Shown piece after piece: positions 50,237 to 60,331 of a stretch of 64,000 bases of DNA. Made by a program: the position numbers and the translations under genes. The stretch spans positions 1,216,001-1,280,000 of the forward strand of contig CBDCGL010000011.1 in the NCBI GenBank assembly GCA_965216755.1, written 5' to 3'. This DNA comes from Alphaproteobacteria bacterium. GTDB lineage: Bacteria; Pseudomonadota; Alphaproteobacteria; UBA7887. The stretch's first letter is position 1. Each line of letters begins with the position of its first letter. The notes beneath the pieces are model-generated. The model did not search any database and was not told the origin of the DNA. It saw only the letters and a program-made list of their open reading frames with translations.

Positions 50237-50389
50237 TGAATGACCGAGTAGGATGGATTCCCGCTGTCAGAGCCATGGTCCATGCACGTTTGGTCGCAGG
50301 CCAACAGACGACATTTCATTGACTTACGTCGGCTTATGGGCGGAATCCGAACATGTGCGCCGGGTTCGAAGTGCGTCGGCCCATAGCCA
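50237..50389 (+). repeat. 153-bp degenerate direct repeat, copy A
   Basis: Aligns without gaps to 55010-55162, 105/153 identical by manual count. Confidence 0.8.
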
Positions 50390-50603
50390 CTTCCGGACTC
50401 TTCGCTGTGGCGGCTGCTGCCACCTAGATTGCGCATGCGACGCGCAGCTTGCCAGTTCCTCTCGAGGAGCCATAGGCTGGCGCATGGGGTTGGGGGCCTA
50501 GGGCGGAGCGCAGTCATCAAGGGGGGAAGCTCAGTTGACTGAGCCAGGGGTCGAGCAAAGGCTAGCCGCAATATTGGCGGCGGATGTCGCTGGCGAATCT
50601 AAT

Positions 50604-51560
50604 CTAATCCGCCTCGCCGACTAGGCGCTCGATCAGGCTGCGTTGGATTTGCGCCTGCGCACGTATCCAGTGCCACATCACTTCAACCCCCGGCCGGCGC
50701 AAGGTGTGTTTGGTGGCCATAAGGTGAAGTGAGTAGGGGCCGTTGAGCCAGGATCCCGTTGGCGCCACGAGGTGCCCGGCGAAAAGGTCGTCGGCGACGA
50801 AAATAATGTTGGCAAGTGCCACGCCATGACCGGCAATCGCAGCATCGATGGTGAGATGGCTATGAGAGAAATACAGATTTTGCTGAACTTCGGTTGCGGA
50901 CAGCTCCGCTATTGCCAACCAATCTTCCCACAGCAGCTGCCTGGGGGTGCCCGGCCATGGTTCGTCGTGCAGCAATGTGCAGGGTAGAAGATCATCCAAG
51001 GCATCGAACGACCGTGAGGCGAGATAGCTAGGGCTGCAGACGGGTGCCCAATATTCGGGCAAGATCTCTTCGGACACTATGTTGGCATTCGAATCGGGGG
51101 CTTCGCTAACGACCAGATCGACGCGATCTCGCGTGAAGTCGACCGCATCGAGGCTGGCGAGCACGCGCACCTCGAGTTCGGGCTCGCTATTGCGCAGGTG
51201 AGCGATGCGTGGCAGCAGCCAGCGTGCAGCAAAGGATGGCGGTGCGCTGATGGCAACGGCTGTCGAGCTTACTTCGCGACGGATCTCGTCGGTAGCCCGC
51301 GCGATATCCTCGAGCAGGGTGCCAATGACCTTGGCGTAACGTTCGCCGGCCGGGGTCAGCTCGACGCCCTTGGCGAGTCGCGTGAACAGGGTGACGCCTA
51401 GCCAGTCTTCCAGCTTCTTGATCTGGTGCGCGACGGCACCAGGTGTGAGGTTCAGGTCGTCCGCGGCCCGGCGAAACCCGCCGAGCTTTGCCGAGATGCA
51501 AAAAACGCGAAGCGCGCCGAGTGGCGGAACGGCATAGGGGCGCGCTGGCCAATGGTGCAA
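50604..51560 (-). CDS. LysR family regulator (GcvA-like)
   Basis: PPLGALRVF, FRRAADDLNLTPGAVAHQIKKLEDWLGVTLF, PSFAARWLLPR, AAIAGHGVAL; start approximate. Confidence 0.9.
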   Translation of the reverse strand: MHHWPARPYAVPPLGALRVFCISAKLGGFRRAADDLNLTPGAVAHQIKKLEDWLGVTLFTRLAKGVELTPAGERYAKVIGTLLEDIARATDEIRREVSSTAVAISAPPSFAARWLLPRIAHLRNSEPELEVRVLASLDAVDFTRDRVDLVVSEAPDSNANIVSEEILPEYWAPVCSPSYLASRSFDALDDLLPCTLLHDEPWPGTPRQLLWEDWLAIAELSATEVQQNLYFSHSHLTIDAAIAGHGVALANIIFVADDLFAGHLVAPTGSWLNGPYSLHLMATKHTLRRPGVEVMWHWIRAQAQIQRSLIERLVGEAD

Positions 51561-51737
51561 ATTTATTCGCCCTAAGATCCAAAACTATTCACTTGCTGCC
51601 CAGTATATCTGGGATCAGCCTTGCTGCAAGGGTCGGCAAATCTGGGCCTTTGCTGAACTGTAGAGGGCATTGGGCATTGCCTAATTGCCACGTACAACAA
51701 GGCTCACCGCCGGCCGTTTCGAGCAAGGAGCAATCTC

Positions 51738-52661
51738 ATGCACAATCGCCCCAGAATCTTTGACGCGCGGAATAGAGCCTTTGTCGCCTTTTGCAGCATA
51801 GTGCTACTTGCCTCGGCCCTCTGGTCCAGGCCGGCGATGAGCGGTTATGCAAAGGTGTCGGACGATCTTACGATTTACTATGACGAGTCAGGCAAGCCGG
51901 ATGGCATCCCAATCGTGTTCACGCCGGGCTGGACCCTGACGGTTGCGACCTTCGAGCGCCAGTTGGCGCATTTCGCCGAGTCGGACACCTATCGGGCGAT
52001 CGCCTATGACCCGCGTGCCCATGGCCTTTCCACCAAGACGGCCGAGGGCCATACCTACGAGCAGCATGGCCGCGATCTGCATGCGTTCATCACGACCCTC
52101 GGACTGGAGAACGTGATAATTGCCGGGCACTCATACGGCGTGCTTAGCATGCTGACCTATGTCGAACAGTTCGGTATAGACAATCTCGCTGGCATGGTTG
52201 TCATCGACGGTACGCCGAAGAGCCTTGGCGAAGACAACTCCAAGGAGTGGATCTGGTTTCGCCAGAACGATTCGGATGGCTTCCGCCAATACTTCACCAT
52301 GGGTCCACTGCAAGACAGGGAATCCTTCAATGTCGAGTTCGCCAAATGGATGATCGAGGATCAATCGTCAGAGAACTTGGCGTGGATCGATGCGGTGTCG
52401 AACGGAACGCCCAATACGATAGCCGCCTTGCTCAACGAGACTGGCGCCTATGTGAACCAGACTGAGACGCTCAAGGGGTTGGCAGGCAAACTTCCGTTGC
52501 TTTACGTCTTCCGCGATGAGTGGAAGGATATTGCTCCGCCCTTGGCGCGCGAGTATACGCCAAGCGCGGATATCGTGGTCTTAGGCAAACACATGATGTT
52601 CTGGGAGCGCGCTGACCAGTTCAATGCTGCTCTCGACGCATATCTTGCGAAGCTCCCTTGA
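51738..52661 (+). CDS. Secreted alpha/beta hydrolase (non-heme chloroperoxidase/esterase-like)
   Basis: Signal peptide, IVFTPGW, YDPRAHG, nucleophile GHSYG, GKHMMFWE. Confidence 0.85.
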   Translation: MHNRPRIFDARNRAFVAFCSIVLLASALWSRPAMSGYAKVSDDLTIYYDESGKPDGIPIVFTPGWTLTVATFERQLAHFAESDTYRAIAYDPRAHGLSTKTAEGHTYEQHGRDLHAFITTLGLENVIIAGHSYGVLSMLTYVEQFGIDNLAGMVVIDGTPKSLGEDNSKEWIWFRQNDSDGFRQYFTMGPLQDRESFNVEFAKWMIEDQSSENLAWIDAVSNGTPNTIAALLNETGAYVNQTETLKGLAGKLPLLYVFRDEWKDIAPPLAREYTPSADIVVLGKHMMFWERADQFNAALDAYLAKLP

Positions 52662-52753
52662 GACTGGCCTACCCGACCCTACAAGCTACGGCAGCGCAGT
52701 ATCTTCGCGTTGCCGTTTTCTCTCGAGGACACCCTAATGTGTATCGGCGTTAG

Positions 52754-54058
52754 ATGACTGTGATGCGGTTTACCGAGGCGCCGACTTCCGCGGATTTGCT
52801 GTCTCAGCAACAGTCTGCCTGGGAGCGCCAGCGCCAAGTCGTGGTCGATAAATCGGTATTCTATCGCAAGCTTTGGCAGGGTCTCGCTCCGCCAAAGGAT
52901 CTGCGTGACCTTCCCAATCTGCCGCTGTCGGACAAGAAACAGCTACGGGCATCGCAGGCAGCGTGTCCGCCCTTCGGCGACTACCTTGCCAGCCCTGCTG
53001 CTCACGTCGCACGTCTTCACCGCACCTCGGGCACCACCGGGCAGGCGATGACTCTCGCCCTGTCGAAGCAGGATTGCGAGGTCACCGAGATGGTCGGCGG
53101 CCGTTGCTTTCGGGCAGCGGGTCTTACTACTGGCCACAGAGTCGTGCATTGTTTGAACTATCAAATGTGGATTGGCGGGTTGACCGATCATCTGTGCCTC
53201 GAACGTACCGGGGCGACAGTGATTCCCTTCGGCGTAGGCAGCAGCAGGACCCTCATCCAAACGATTCTCGAGCTGGGCGTGACCGCAATCTCGTGCACGC
53301 CATCCTATCCCGCGGTGCTCGAACGCGTTCTCGAAGAGCAGTTTAGCGATGTCCGTCCCAGCGACCTCGGCTTGAAGCTGGGCCTATTCGGTGGCGAGCC
53401 CGGCCTCGACGATCCGGCGTTGCGGCAGCGCATTAGCGATACTTGGGGCATAGCGCCACGCAACGCAAATTACGGCGTTTCCGACGTGCTTTCGATCTTC
53501 GCTGCCCAATGCGAGCATGACACGCGGTTGCACTTCTTTGCGGACCACGTTCTATATCCGGAACTCATCGATCCGGATACTGCGGCGCCGCGTGCCATCG
53601 AGGCCGGCCAGCGGGGTGAGCTGGTGCTCACTCATCTCATGCGCGACTGTCAGCCTCTGGTGCGCTTCCGCACGGGTGACATCATAGCGGTTGACGAGAC
53701 CGAGCCATGCGCATGTGGGCAAGGTGGAATGCGATTTCGCGTCGTCGGACGCTCCGACGACATGGTCGTGGTGCGCGGCCTCAATCTGTATCCAACCATG
53801 GTGTCCGCCGTGGTTGCCACTTTCTCGGAGCTATCGGGTGACTTCCGCATCGTGCTCGATCATGCGCCGCCATACGACTTCTTGCCTTTGCAGGTAGAGC
53901 TTGCAAAAGGGCAAAACGTAACTCGAAAACTTGCCGGCAAGGTGGAGCAGGCTATCAAGACCAGGCTCGGCGCGTCCGCCAAAGTGAGCGTTCTGCCGGC
54001 GGCGAGTTTCGCGGGGACGCCTGGTAAGACACCCCGCGTCGTTAGGAGGTATGCATGA
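52754..54058 (+). CDS. Phenylacetate--CoA ligase family (PaaK-like) protein
   Basis: HRTSGTTG, CTPSY, GGEPG, NYGVSD, RFRTGD, GRSDDMVVVRGLNLYP. Confidence 0.88.
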   Translation: MTVMRFTEAPTSADLLSQQQSAWERQRQVVVDKSVFYRKLWQGLAPPKDLRDLPNLPLSDKKQLRASQAACPPFGDYLASPAAHVARLHRTSGTTGQAMTLALSKQDCEVTEMVGGRCFRAAGLTTGHRVVHCLNYQMWIGGLTDHLCLERTGATVIPFGVGSSRTLIQTILELGVTAISCTPSYPAVLERVLEEQFSDVRPSDLGLKLGLFGGEPGLDDPALRQRISDTWGIAPRNANYGVSDVLSIFAAQCEHDTRLHFFADHVLYPELIDPDTAAPRAIEAGQRGELVLTHLMRDCQPLVRFRTGDIIAVDETEPCACGQGGMRFRVVGRSDDMVVVRGLNLYPTMVSAVVATFSELSGDFRIVLDHAPPYDFLPLQVELAKGQNVTRKLAGKVEQAIKTRLGASAKVSVLPAASFAGTPGKTPRVVRRYA

Positions 54059-54816
54059 CCGTATTCGAATATGAAACTGTATTGAGCGGTCTCGACGAGA
54101 ATGGCGTGCGAACCATATCTCTGAACCGGCCCGATAGCCTGAATGCCATGAACCCTCAGTTGATCGAGGATGTGGCCAAAGCCTTCGAGGATGCGAACGG
54201 TGATCCTGCGACACGGGCCATCCTTTTTACGGGAGAAGGGCGTGCTTTCTGCGCCGGGGACGACAGAAAGGAGCACGTGCATCCGGAGAGCGAAACGCAG
54301 GCTCGTGCTCTGGTAACTCGGATTCAGCGGGTGACACGCGCGATAGTTTACGGAGGCAAGCCGGTCGTCGGCGCCATCAATGGCTGGGCAGTCGGCGGCG
54401 GCTTCGAATGGGCAATCAACTGCGATTTTCCGATATGGGCTGAGGGCGCGAAAGGCTTTTTCCCCGAGATCTCGCTCAATCTATTTGTAACCGGAGGGGT
54501 TACGTCGTTGCTACCCGCCTTGGTCGGGTTCAATACGGCGCGGGAAATGCTGTTTTTAGGTGAGCGCTATGATGCCAGGGCGCTATTCGATTTGGGTGTT
54601 GCCTGGCGGGTCGTCCCTGACGACCAGCTGCAGGATGAGGCTCGCAGTGTGGCGACCCGCTTGGCCGCTTTGCCGCCCCTCTCCGTCAGAGCCATGAAAC
54701 GGGTGCTTGCCCAAACAGCGGCGACTGACCTCAATCTGGCCCTAAATCTGGAGACAGAAGCAACGATTGCTGGCTTTCTTGATCCCGAGACGACGAGCCG
54801 GCTAAAGGCATTCTAA
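54055..54816 (+). CDS. Enoyl-CoA hydratase/isomerase family protein
   Basis: LNRPDSLNA, GRAFCAGDD, AINGWAVGGGFE, FFPE; ATGA coupling to the ligase. Confidence 0.9.
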   Translation: MTVFEYETVLSGLDENGVRTISLNRPDSLNAMNPQLIEDVAKAFEDANGDPATRAILFTGEGRAFCAGDDRKEHVHPESETQARALVTRIQRVTRAIVYGGKPVVGAINGWAVGGGFEWAINCDFPIWAEGAKGFFPEISLNLFVTGGVTSLLPALVGFNTAREMLFLGERYDARALFDLGVAWRVVPDDQLQDEARSVATRLAALPPLSVRAMKRVLAQTAATDLNLALNLETEATIAGFLDPETTSRLKAF

Positions 54817-55009
54817 CGTGAGGCCGACAGGTCACTTTTACCCCCGAGCAGCTCTTCGACGAAGATTCCCAGCAACTGTGGTCGGCTGTTCGCCATCCTG
54901 TTTCGAGGCTGTCGACCATAAGCCGTCGAAATACTTACTGAGCACTTCGGCGATCCGAGCTCACTCTACGGGATCTTGCGCCCAGCTATCGATGCCGAGC
55001 AGCAAGGCA

Positions 55010-55162
55010 TGAACGTCGCAAACGGGTCAATTCCCGTTGTCAGGAGCACTTCCGATGCACGTCTGATAACCGACGAACAGCAGACATTTCAGCAACTTAC
55101 GTCCGTTTCTGAGTGGAACCCGGACGTTTGAGCCAGGGCCCCAGTGGGTCGGCCCGTAGCCA
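55010..55162 (+). repeat. 153-bp degenerate direct repeat, copy B
   Basis: Four sub-units, three palindromic (aacggg/cccgtt, gtctg/cagac, acgtccg/cggacgt) plus gtcggcccgtagcca; colinear with 50237-50389. Confidence 0.8.
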
Positions 55163-55425
55163 AAACCTGCCTTTCTAGACGGCCGCCACGAGCTCGATAG
55201 CCCTCACACTGCGATATCCAGTGGCGCAAATTATTTCGGTACAAGGCAGAGCAGGTGCTCGTGTCATTTCGCCTTGAGAAGACCTCAGTCCCCATTCACT
55301 GGCCAGAGCGTTAAGGGCTTCAATTAACTTGCTGGTCGGCGCCTGTCTGGGGTTTCCACTCTGGCGAAGAAAGGATTATTTTGGCTATTCGCTCGATACC
55401 ATCTGATCAAGACCTTGGAGCTCTC

Positions 55426-56022
55426 ATGAAGTCTATAGAATTCTGGTTTTCGGTTGGCAGTACCTATAGTTTCCTGAGCATCATGCGTCTGGCAGATGTC
55501 GAAACCGAGACGGGAATCTCCTTCGATTGGCGCCCCTTTAGCGTGCGTGCCATCATGACCGAGATGGACAATATTCCGTTTGCCAATAAGCCAATCAAAG
55601 CCCGGTATATGTGGCGAGATATTGGACGGCGAGCAGAGAAATATGGCATCGAAGCTGTCCTGCCGGCACCATATCCTCTGCAGCAATTCGATCTGGCCAA
55701 TCGAGTTGCCATCGTAGGCCGGCAAGAGGGTTGGTGTCGTGACTACGTCATCGCCACCTATCGTCGATGGTTTCAGCATGGCCAACCCGCGGGTAGCGAG
55801 CCGAACCTGACAGAGAGCTTAGCCGAGATCGATCAGCGCCCGGAGCGAGTGATCGAACTGGCCAATACTCCGGAAATTGAAGTTGCCTACTTGGAGTCGA
55901 CAGACGAAGCGCGTTCCCGCGGTATCTTCGGCTCCCCGACATATGTTGTCGGGCGGGAGTTATTCTGGGGTGATGACCGCTTGGAAGACGCAATCTTCTG
56001 GCATCGCACTGGCGAAATCTGA
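55426..56022 (+). CDS. 2-hydroxychromene-2-carboxylate isomerase / GST-kappa (DsbA-like) protein
   Basis: IEFWFSVGSTYSFL, KARYMWRD..R, RGIFGSPTYVV..ELFWGDDRLE. Confidence 0.88.
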   Translation: MKSIEFWFSVGSTYSFLSIMRLADVETETGISFDWRPFSVRAIMTEMDNIPFANKPIKARYMWRDIGRRAEKYGIEAVLPAPYPLQQFDLANRVAIVGRQEGWCRDYVIATYRRWFQHGQPAGSEPNLTESLAEIDQRPERVIELANTPEIEVAYLESTDEARSRGIFGSPTYVVGRELFWGDDRLEDAIFWHRTGEI

Positions 56023-56260
56023 TGGGCGGCCGAAGCGTCATTTGACTGATCGGTCCACCATTCCGTTCTTGCTGGGCAAGCTGAATGACGTCCGGACTCG
56101 GGCGTAGATTTTACGTAACAAACCGAAATAGCTGCATTTTTCTCCAGCCCTTTGTCATCGGAGCCGTCTGATTTTTCCTGGGTGCAGCCAACAAGAGATA
56201 TGCGACATATCGGCTGCGCGCTTTCTTCCTCACGTGTAACCTCGCGTTTGGAGGTTACGC

Positions 56261-59200
56261 ATGACTGCTATTGGCGAGTGGCTCGAAGGGTTGGGGCTCG
56301 GTCAGTTCACCGAGGCCTTTGAGGCCGAGCAGATCGACTTAGATGCCTTGCCCGATATAACCGAGCAGGACCTCAAGGACATGGGGTTGCCAATCGGCCC
56401 AAGGCGAAAGATTCTTCGGGCAATCGACGCGCTAGGATCGAGCATCAACGACCCAGCCCCGCCGTCTTTGACGTCGCCTTTGCCCGAACCAAGCATGAAA
56501 TTTGTTCCGGACGCGGAGCGCCGTCAGATCACAGTGATGTTCTGCGATCTCGTGGGCTCCACAGCACTTTCCGAACAGCTCGATCCCGAGGACCTCCGAG
56601 ATTTGATGCAGGCCTACCAGCAAGCTTGCGGCGCAGTGGTAGAACGCTATGAAGGCCATGTGGCGCAATACTTGGGCGATGGACTGATGGTCTACTTCGG
56701 TTGGCCGCGTGCCCATGAGGATGATGCCGAGCGTGCGGTACGAGCCGCTTTGGACATTGTTGGTTCCGTGAAAGCGGTCGATGCGCCGACGCCCTTACAG
56801 GTGAGATTGGGCGTTGCCACCGGACCGGTGGTGGTCGGTGAGACCGGCGGCGGTGATGCCTCAGTGCCTAAGCTCGCGGTCGGCGAAACACCCAATTTGG
56901 CGGCCCGCGTGCAAGGACTGGCGGCCCCAGACGAGATCATCGTCGCGCCGGTCACGCGCGATCTTATCGGCGCGCTGTTCGACACGGACGACCTTGGTTT
57001 GCACGGACTCAAAGGCATCATCGAGCCGGTACGCGCATGGCGGGTCAACGGTTTGGCACGAGTCCAAGGACGTTTCGCGGCCAGGCGCGCAGGTGTGCGC
57101 ACGGCAATTATGGGGCGCGACAGCGAAATCACCCTGATCATGGATCGTTGGCAACGTGCCAAAGACGGTGAGGGCCAAGTCGTTCTGCTGAGTGGAGAGG
57201 CGGGAATCGGCAAAAGCCGGCTTGCCCAAGAGGTACGGGAGCGGATCGCCAGCGAGGGCCACACACGCTTGCTCTATCAATGCACGCCTTTTCATGCGAA
57301 TGCAGCATTCCATCCGATCATCGAACAGCTGCGGCACGCCCTGGATGTCACGCCCGCCGACCCGTCGCAGGACCGTTTATATCGGCTGGAAACACTCCTC
57401 GCCCAGAGTACAGAGTCGCTAGAAGAAGTTATCCCACTACTAGCTTCGCTGTTGTCGTTGTCGACGGAAGGTCGGTATCCGGCACTCGATCTCTCGCCTC
57501 GGCAACACATGGAACAGACGATTGGTGCTCTGGTGGCGCAAGTTTTGGGATTGGCAAAAAGTCGACCTGTTCTGATTATTCTTGAAGACGCGCATTGGAT
57601 CGATCCGACTACTCTCGAAACGTTTGGCGAAATCATTGCGTCAATTCACAACGCCCGGGTTCTTATCATCATCACCCATCGACCGACATTCGTGGCACCG
57701 TGGACGGGGCAGGCACATGTTGCGGTTCAGAACTTAAGCCCATTGAGCCGACGCCAAGGCGCGGCCATGGTCGCGCAGCTCACGGATGACAAGACCCTGC
57801 CGCGGGAGATATTGGACCGAATCGTCGACAGGACTGATGGCGTGCCTTTGTTTGTCGAAGAACTCACTCGAACCGTGCTCGAGGAGGGTTCGCTGAGCGA
57901 CGCGGGTGACCACTACGAGCTGGCCGTTCCATTGCAGCAATTTGCCGTTCCTGCGACGCTTCAGGATAGCCTGACGGAGCGACTTGATCGTCTCGGTCCC
58001 GCTAAGGAAGTTGCGCAAGTTGCCGCCTGTATCGGGCGCCGCTTTTCACGCTCGCTGTTGGCCGCGGTGAGCTCCGTTCAAGGCACAGCGCTTGACGCAT
58101 CCTTGGATACCCTTGTTGGCAGCGGATTGGTGTACGTCACCGGATCGGGTGCCGATCCTGCCTTCGCATTCAAGCATGCCCTTGTCCAAGAGACGACATA
58201 CGCCGGGCTGTTGAGACGCACCAAGCAGCGTATTCGAGCCACCATCGCCGATCGCCTGATCGAGGACGACCAACAGGGCCGGGGCTGCGATCCGCTCGCA
58301 GTTGCTGACCATCTTATCGCGGCGGATAAGAGTCTCGGTGCTCTGCCGTGGCTTCGCCGCGCGGCCGCCCAAGCCGTCAGTGCGGGTGCTCTGCGCGAGG
58401 CGTCAGATATCCATTCGCGTGCCTTAATATTAATTAGTGAACTCAATAAGACCGCAGAGACACGGCAAGCCGAGTTGGAGATTCTGATCGATAGTGCCCC
58501 GGTGAAGGTCGCTCTGACCGGTTGGGGCACGGAAGATATCCGAACGATGCTTGCACGCGCCCTGCAGCTCGCTGTTCAACTCGGTGACACGTCTGCACAG
58601 TCGATGGTGCTATATCACATCGCGACCATGCACGAAGTCAGGGGCGAGTTTGCGCTGACTCAGGACACATTGGCGCGTCGAAAATGTCTGCTTGGCGAGA
58701 CGCCCCAACGCCGTAGTGAGGTCGAGTCAAATGAGCTCTTGGCATGTTCCACATTTCACCAAGGTCGTTTCGACAGCGCCATCAGCCATGCCGAAAATGC
58801 GCTTGATCGTTACCAGGCGGCGGCACACCGTTTGATCGGCATCAACCTGGCGGAAGACATTGCTGCGGCTTGCGAGTTTTGGATTGCCAAAGCGCTGTTG
58901 CTTCAGGGACAAATTGGTGCGGCAAGGGCCCGCTTCGAGACAGCGAATGCCGCCGCGCATGACTCGCCGCATTGGTTTGCCCGGTCCCATGCCGAGCTCG
59001 AAGCGGCTGTTTTCTATGCCTACCTAAGAGACAGCATGGCGACGCTCAAACACGCAGCCCGGGCGGCAGAAATGTCGGAGGCAAGTGGGCTCGCCTATCG
59101 CGAAACCGTTTCGGCGCTGATCGCCGAATGGGCGCAACTGATTGGCGGCGACCGGCCGGTCCGGCTCGACGAATTTCATCGCCGCCTCAATCTTTGTCGT

Positions 59201-59626
59201 TCTGTTGGTGCCATGATTGACTATCCGTTTTTTCTCGGGCTCTTGACTGAGGCCTTTGCGCGCGCGGGCGATGCGGACAAGGGCCTGTCAACTCTCAACG
59301 AAGCCTTGGCTTTGTGCCGGCACAGCCAAGGGTTTTTCTTCGAGAGCGAGTTGCACCGGTTGGGCGGGGAAGCCGTGCTTCTGAGTCGGGCGGATCAGAC
59401 CTCTGACGCCGAGACACGCTTTGCGCGGGCGTTGGATGTTGCGAAAGCACAAGGCGCGCGTTTACTCGAGCTCCGCGCCGCCAATTCACTTGCGCGTCTT
59501 TGGCAATCCCAAGGCGAACACCAGCAAGCCTACGACCTACTCGCACCCGTCTACGAGTGGTTCACAGAGGGCTTTGACGTAGCAGATCTAACGGACGCGA
59601 AAGCGCTATTGGACGTGTTGAAATAG
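56261..59626 (+). CDS. SAM + class III adenylate/guanylate cyclase + STAND ATPase + TPR protein
   Basis: WLEGLGLGQF (SAM), MFCDLVGST, YLGDG, VGETPNLAAR, GEAGIGKS, LEDAHW, FKHALVQ, ELRAA...WFTEG. Confidence 0.92.
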   Translation: MTAIGEWLEGLGLGQFTEAFEAEQIDLDALPDITEQDLKDMGLPIGPRRKILRAIDALGSSINDPAPPSLTSPLPEPSMKFVPDAERRQITVMFCDLVGSTALSEQLDPEDLRDLMQAYQQACGAVVERYEGHVAQYLGDGLMVYFGWPRAHEDDAERAVRAALDIVGSVKAVDAPTPLQVRLGVATGPVVVGETGGGDASVPKLAVGETPNLAARVQGLAAPDEIIVAPVTRDLIGALFDTDDLGLHGLKGIIEPVRAWRVNGLARVQGRFAARRAGVRTAIMGRDSEITLIMDRWQRAKDGEGQVVLLSGEAGIGKSRLAQEVRERIASEGHTRLLYQCTPFHANAAFHPIIEQLRHALDVTPADPSQDRLYRLETLLAQSTESLEEVIPLLASLLSLSTEGRYPALDLSPRQHMEQTIGALVAQVLGLAKSRPVLIILEDAHWIDPTTLETFGEIIASIHNARVLIIITHRPTFVAPWTGQAHVAVQNLSPLSRRQGAAMVAQLTDDKTLPREILDRIVDRTDGVPLFVEELTRTVLEEGSLSDAGDHYELAVPLQQFAVPATLQDSLTERLDRLGPAKEVAQVAACIGRRFSRSLLAAVSSVQGTALDASLDTLVGSGLVYVTGSGADPAFAFKHALVQETTYAGLLRRTKQRIRATIADRLIEDDQQGRGCDPLAVADHLIAADKSLGALPWLRRAAAQAVSAGALREASDIHSRALILISELNKTAETRQAELEILIDSAPVKVALTGWGTEDIRTMLARALQLAVQLGDTSAQSMVLYHIATMHEVRGEFALTQDTLARRKCLLGETPQRRSEVESNELLACSTFHQGRFDSAISHAENALDRYQAAAHRLIGINLAEDIAAACEFWIAKALLLQGQIGAARARFETANAAAHDSPHWFARSHAELEAAVFYAYLRDSMATLKHAARAAEMSEASGLAYRETVSALIAEWAQLIGGDRPVRLDEFHRRLNLCRSVGAMIDYPFFLGLLTEAFARAGDADKGLSTLNEALALCRHSQGFFFESELHRLGGEAVLLSRADQTSDAETRFARALDVAKAQGARLLELRAANSLARLWQSQGEHQQAYDLLAPVYEWFTEGFDVADLTDAKALLDVLK

Positions 59627-59798
59627 GCCTTTGCAACCGTTCCTAAGTGGACTGCTTCGGGTCAAAAGCACGTATGCTCGGCTGCTCCGGTTCGCAGCCG
59701 GAACTGAAGCCAAAACGGACCACAGCGTGCGCCGACACGAGTCCGGGGCGGAGAGAGTTTCCCCGCCCCAATCGCTTGACCGCGCTCTTAACGACAGG

Positions 59799-60262
59799 CT
59801 AGAGCGCTTTCCGACCATATTGAGTCAATTCTGTTTCCGGTCCGGCGCGGCGGTCCACACGAAGGGCGGCGCAGCGCGATGCTCGTGTCCCGAAACCGAA
59901 GTTCGTCACGTCTGACCCCAGGCACCTTACGAACTGCGGTTTCGTCAGGACACGAGTCGAATATTTGGATCTCGTGCGGTTCACGGATCGGACGTTCGCT
60001 CTGGTGCTCGCTGCGAGATCAAGCGAACGTCCAATCCACCGCACGAGCGCATCGGGCAAGTCGGCCGACCAACGTGGTCGTGCATATGGATTCCCATTGG
60101 GGGACGCCCGCCGGTCGCAAACCCGCAGGGCCGGGCGATTTTGTGACAATCTCGACGGCGATGTCCTTCGCCGTATGCCCGATACGGCCTGCGGACATCG
60201 ACTTGATCTTGTCACAAAATCGCTTCGGCAGGATGGTTCAATATGGTCGGAACGTGCTCTAG
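59799..60262. repeat. MITE-like palindromic element, copy 3 (464 bp, with internal insertion)
   Basis: TIRs ctagagcgctttccgaccatattga...tcaatatggtcggaacgtgctctag; shares atggattcccattgg and gtcgcaaacccgcagggccgggcg with copy 1. Confidence 0.85.
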
Positions 60263-60331
60263 TCGCCACCAAAGGCGCATCGGAATCTCAGCCGCACCTG
60301 GGCGCAATAGCGCAACCGCTTTGGTGGCCGA

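Noticed and set aside
50521-50560. ggggggaagctcagttgactgagc resembling a tRNA 5' end and D-arm
   Set aside because: No anticodon arm, T-loop or acceptor complement follows
55089-55295. 68-aa minus-strand ORF
   Set aside because: Overlaps repeat copy B and has no recognisable domain
56261-59626. Cyclase-STAND protein as part of the defence locus
   Set aside because: This SAM-cyclase-ATPase-TPR architecture is a common expanded family in alphaproteobacteria and lies 11 kb from the locus with no linking evidence
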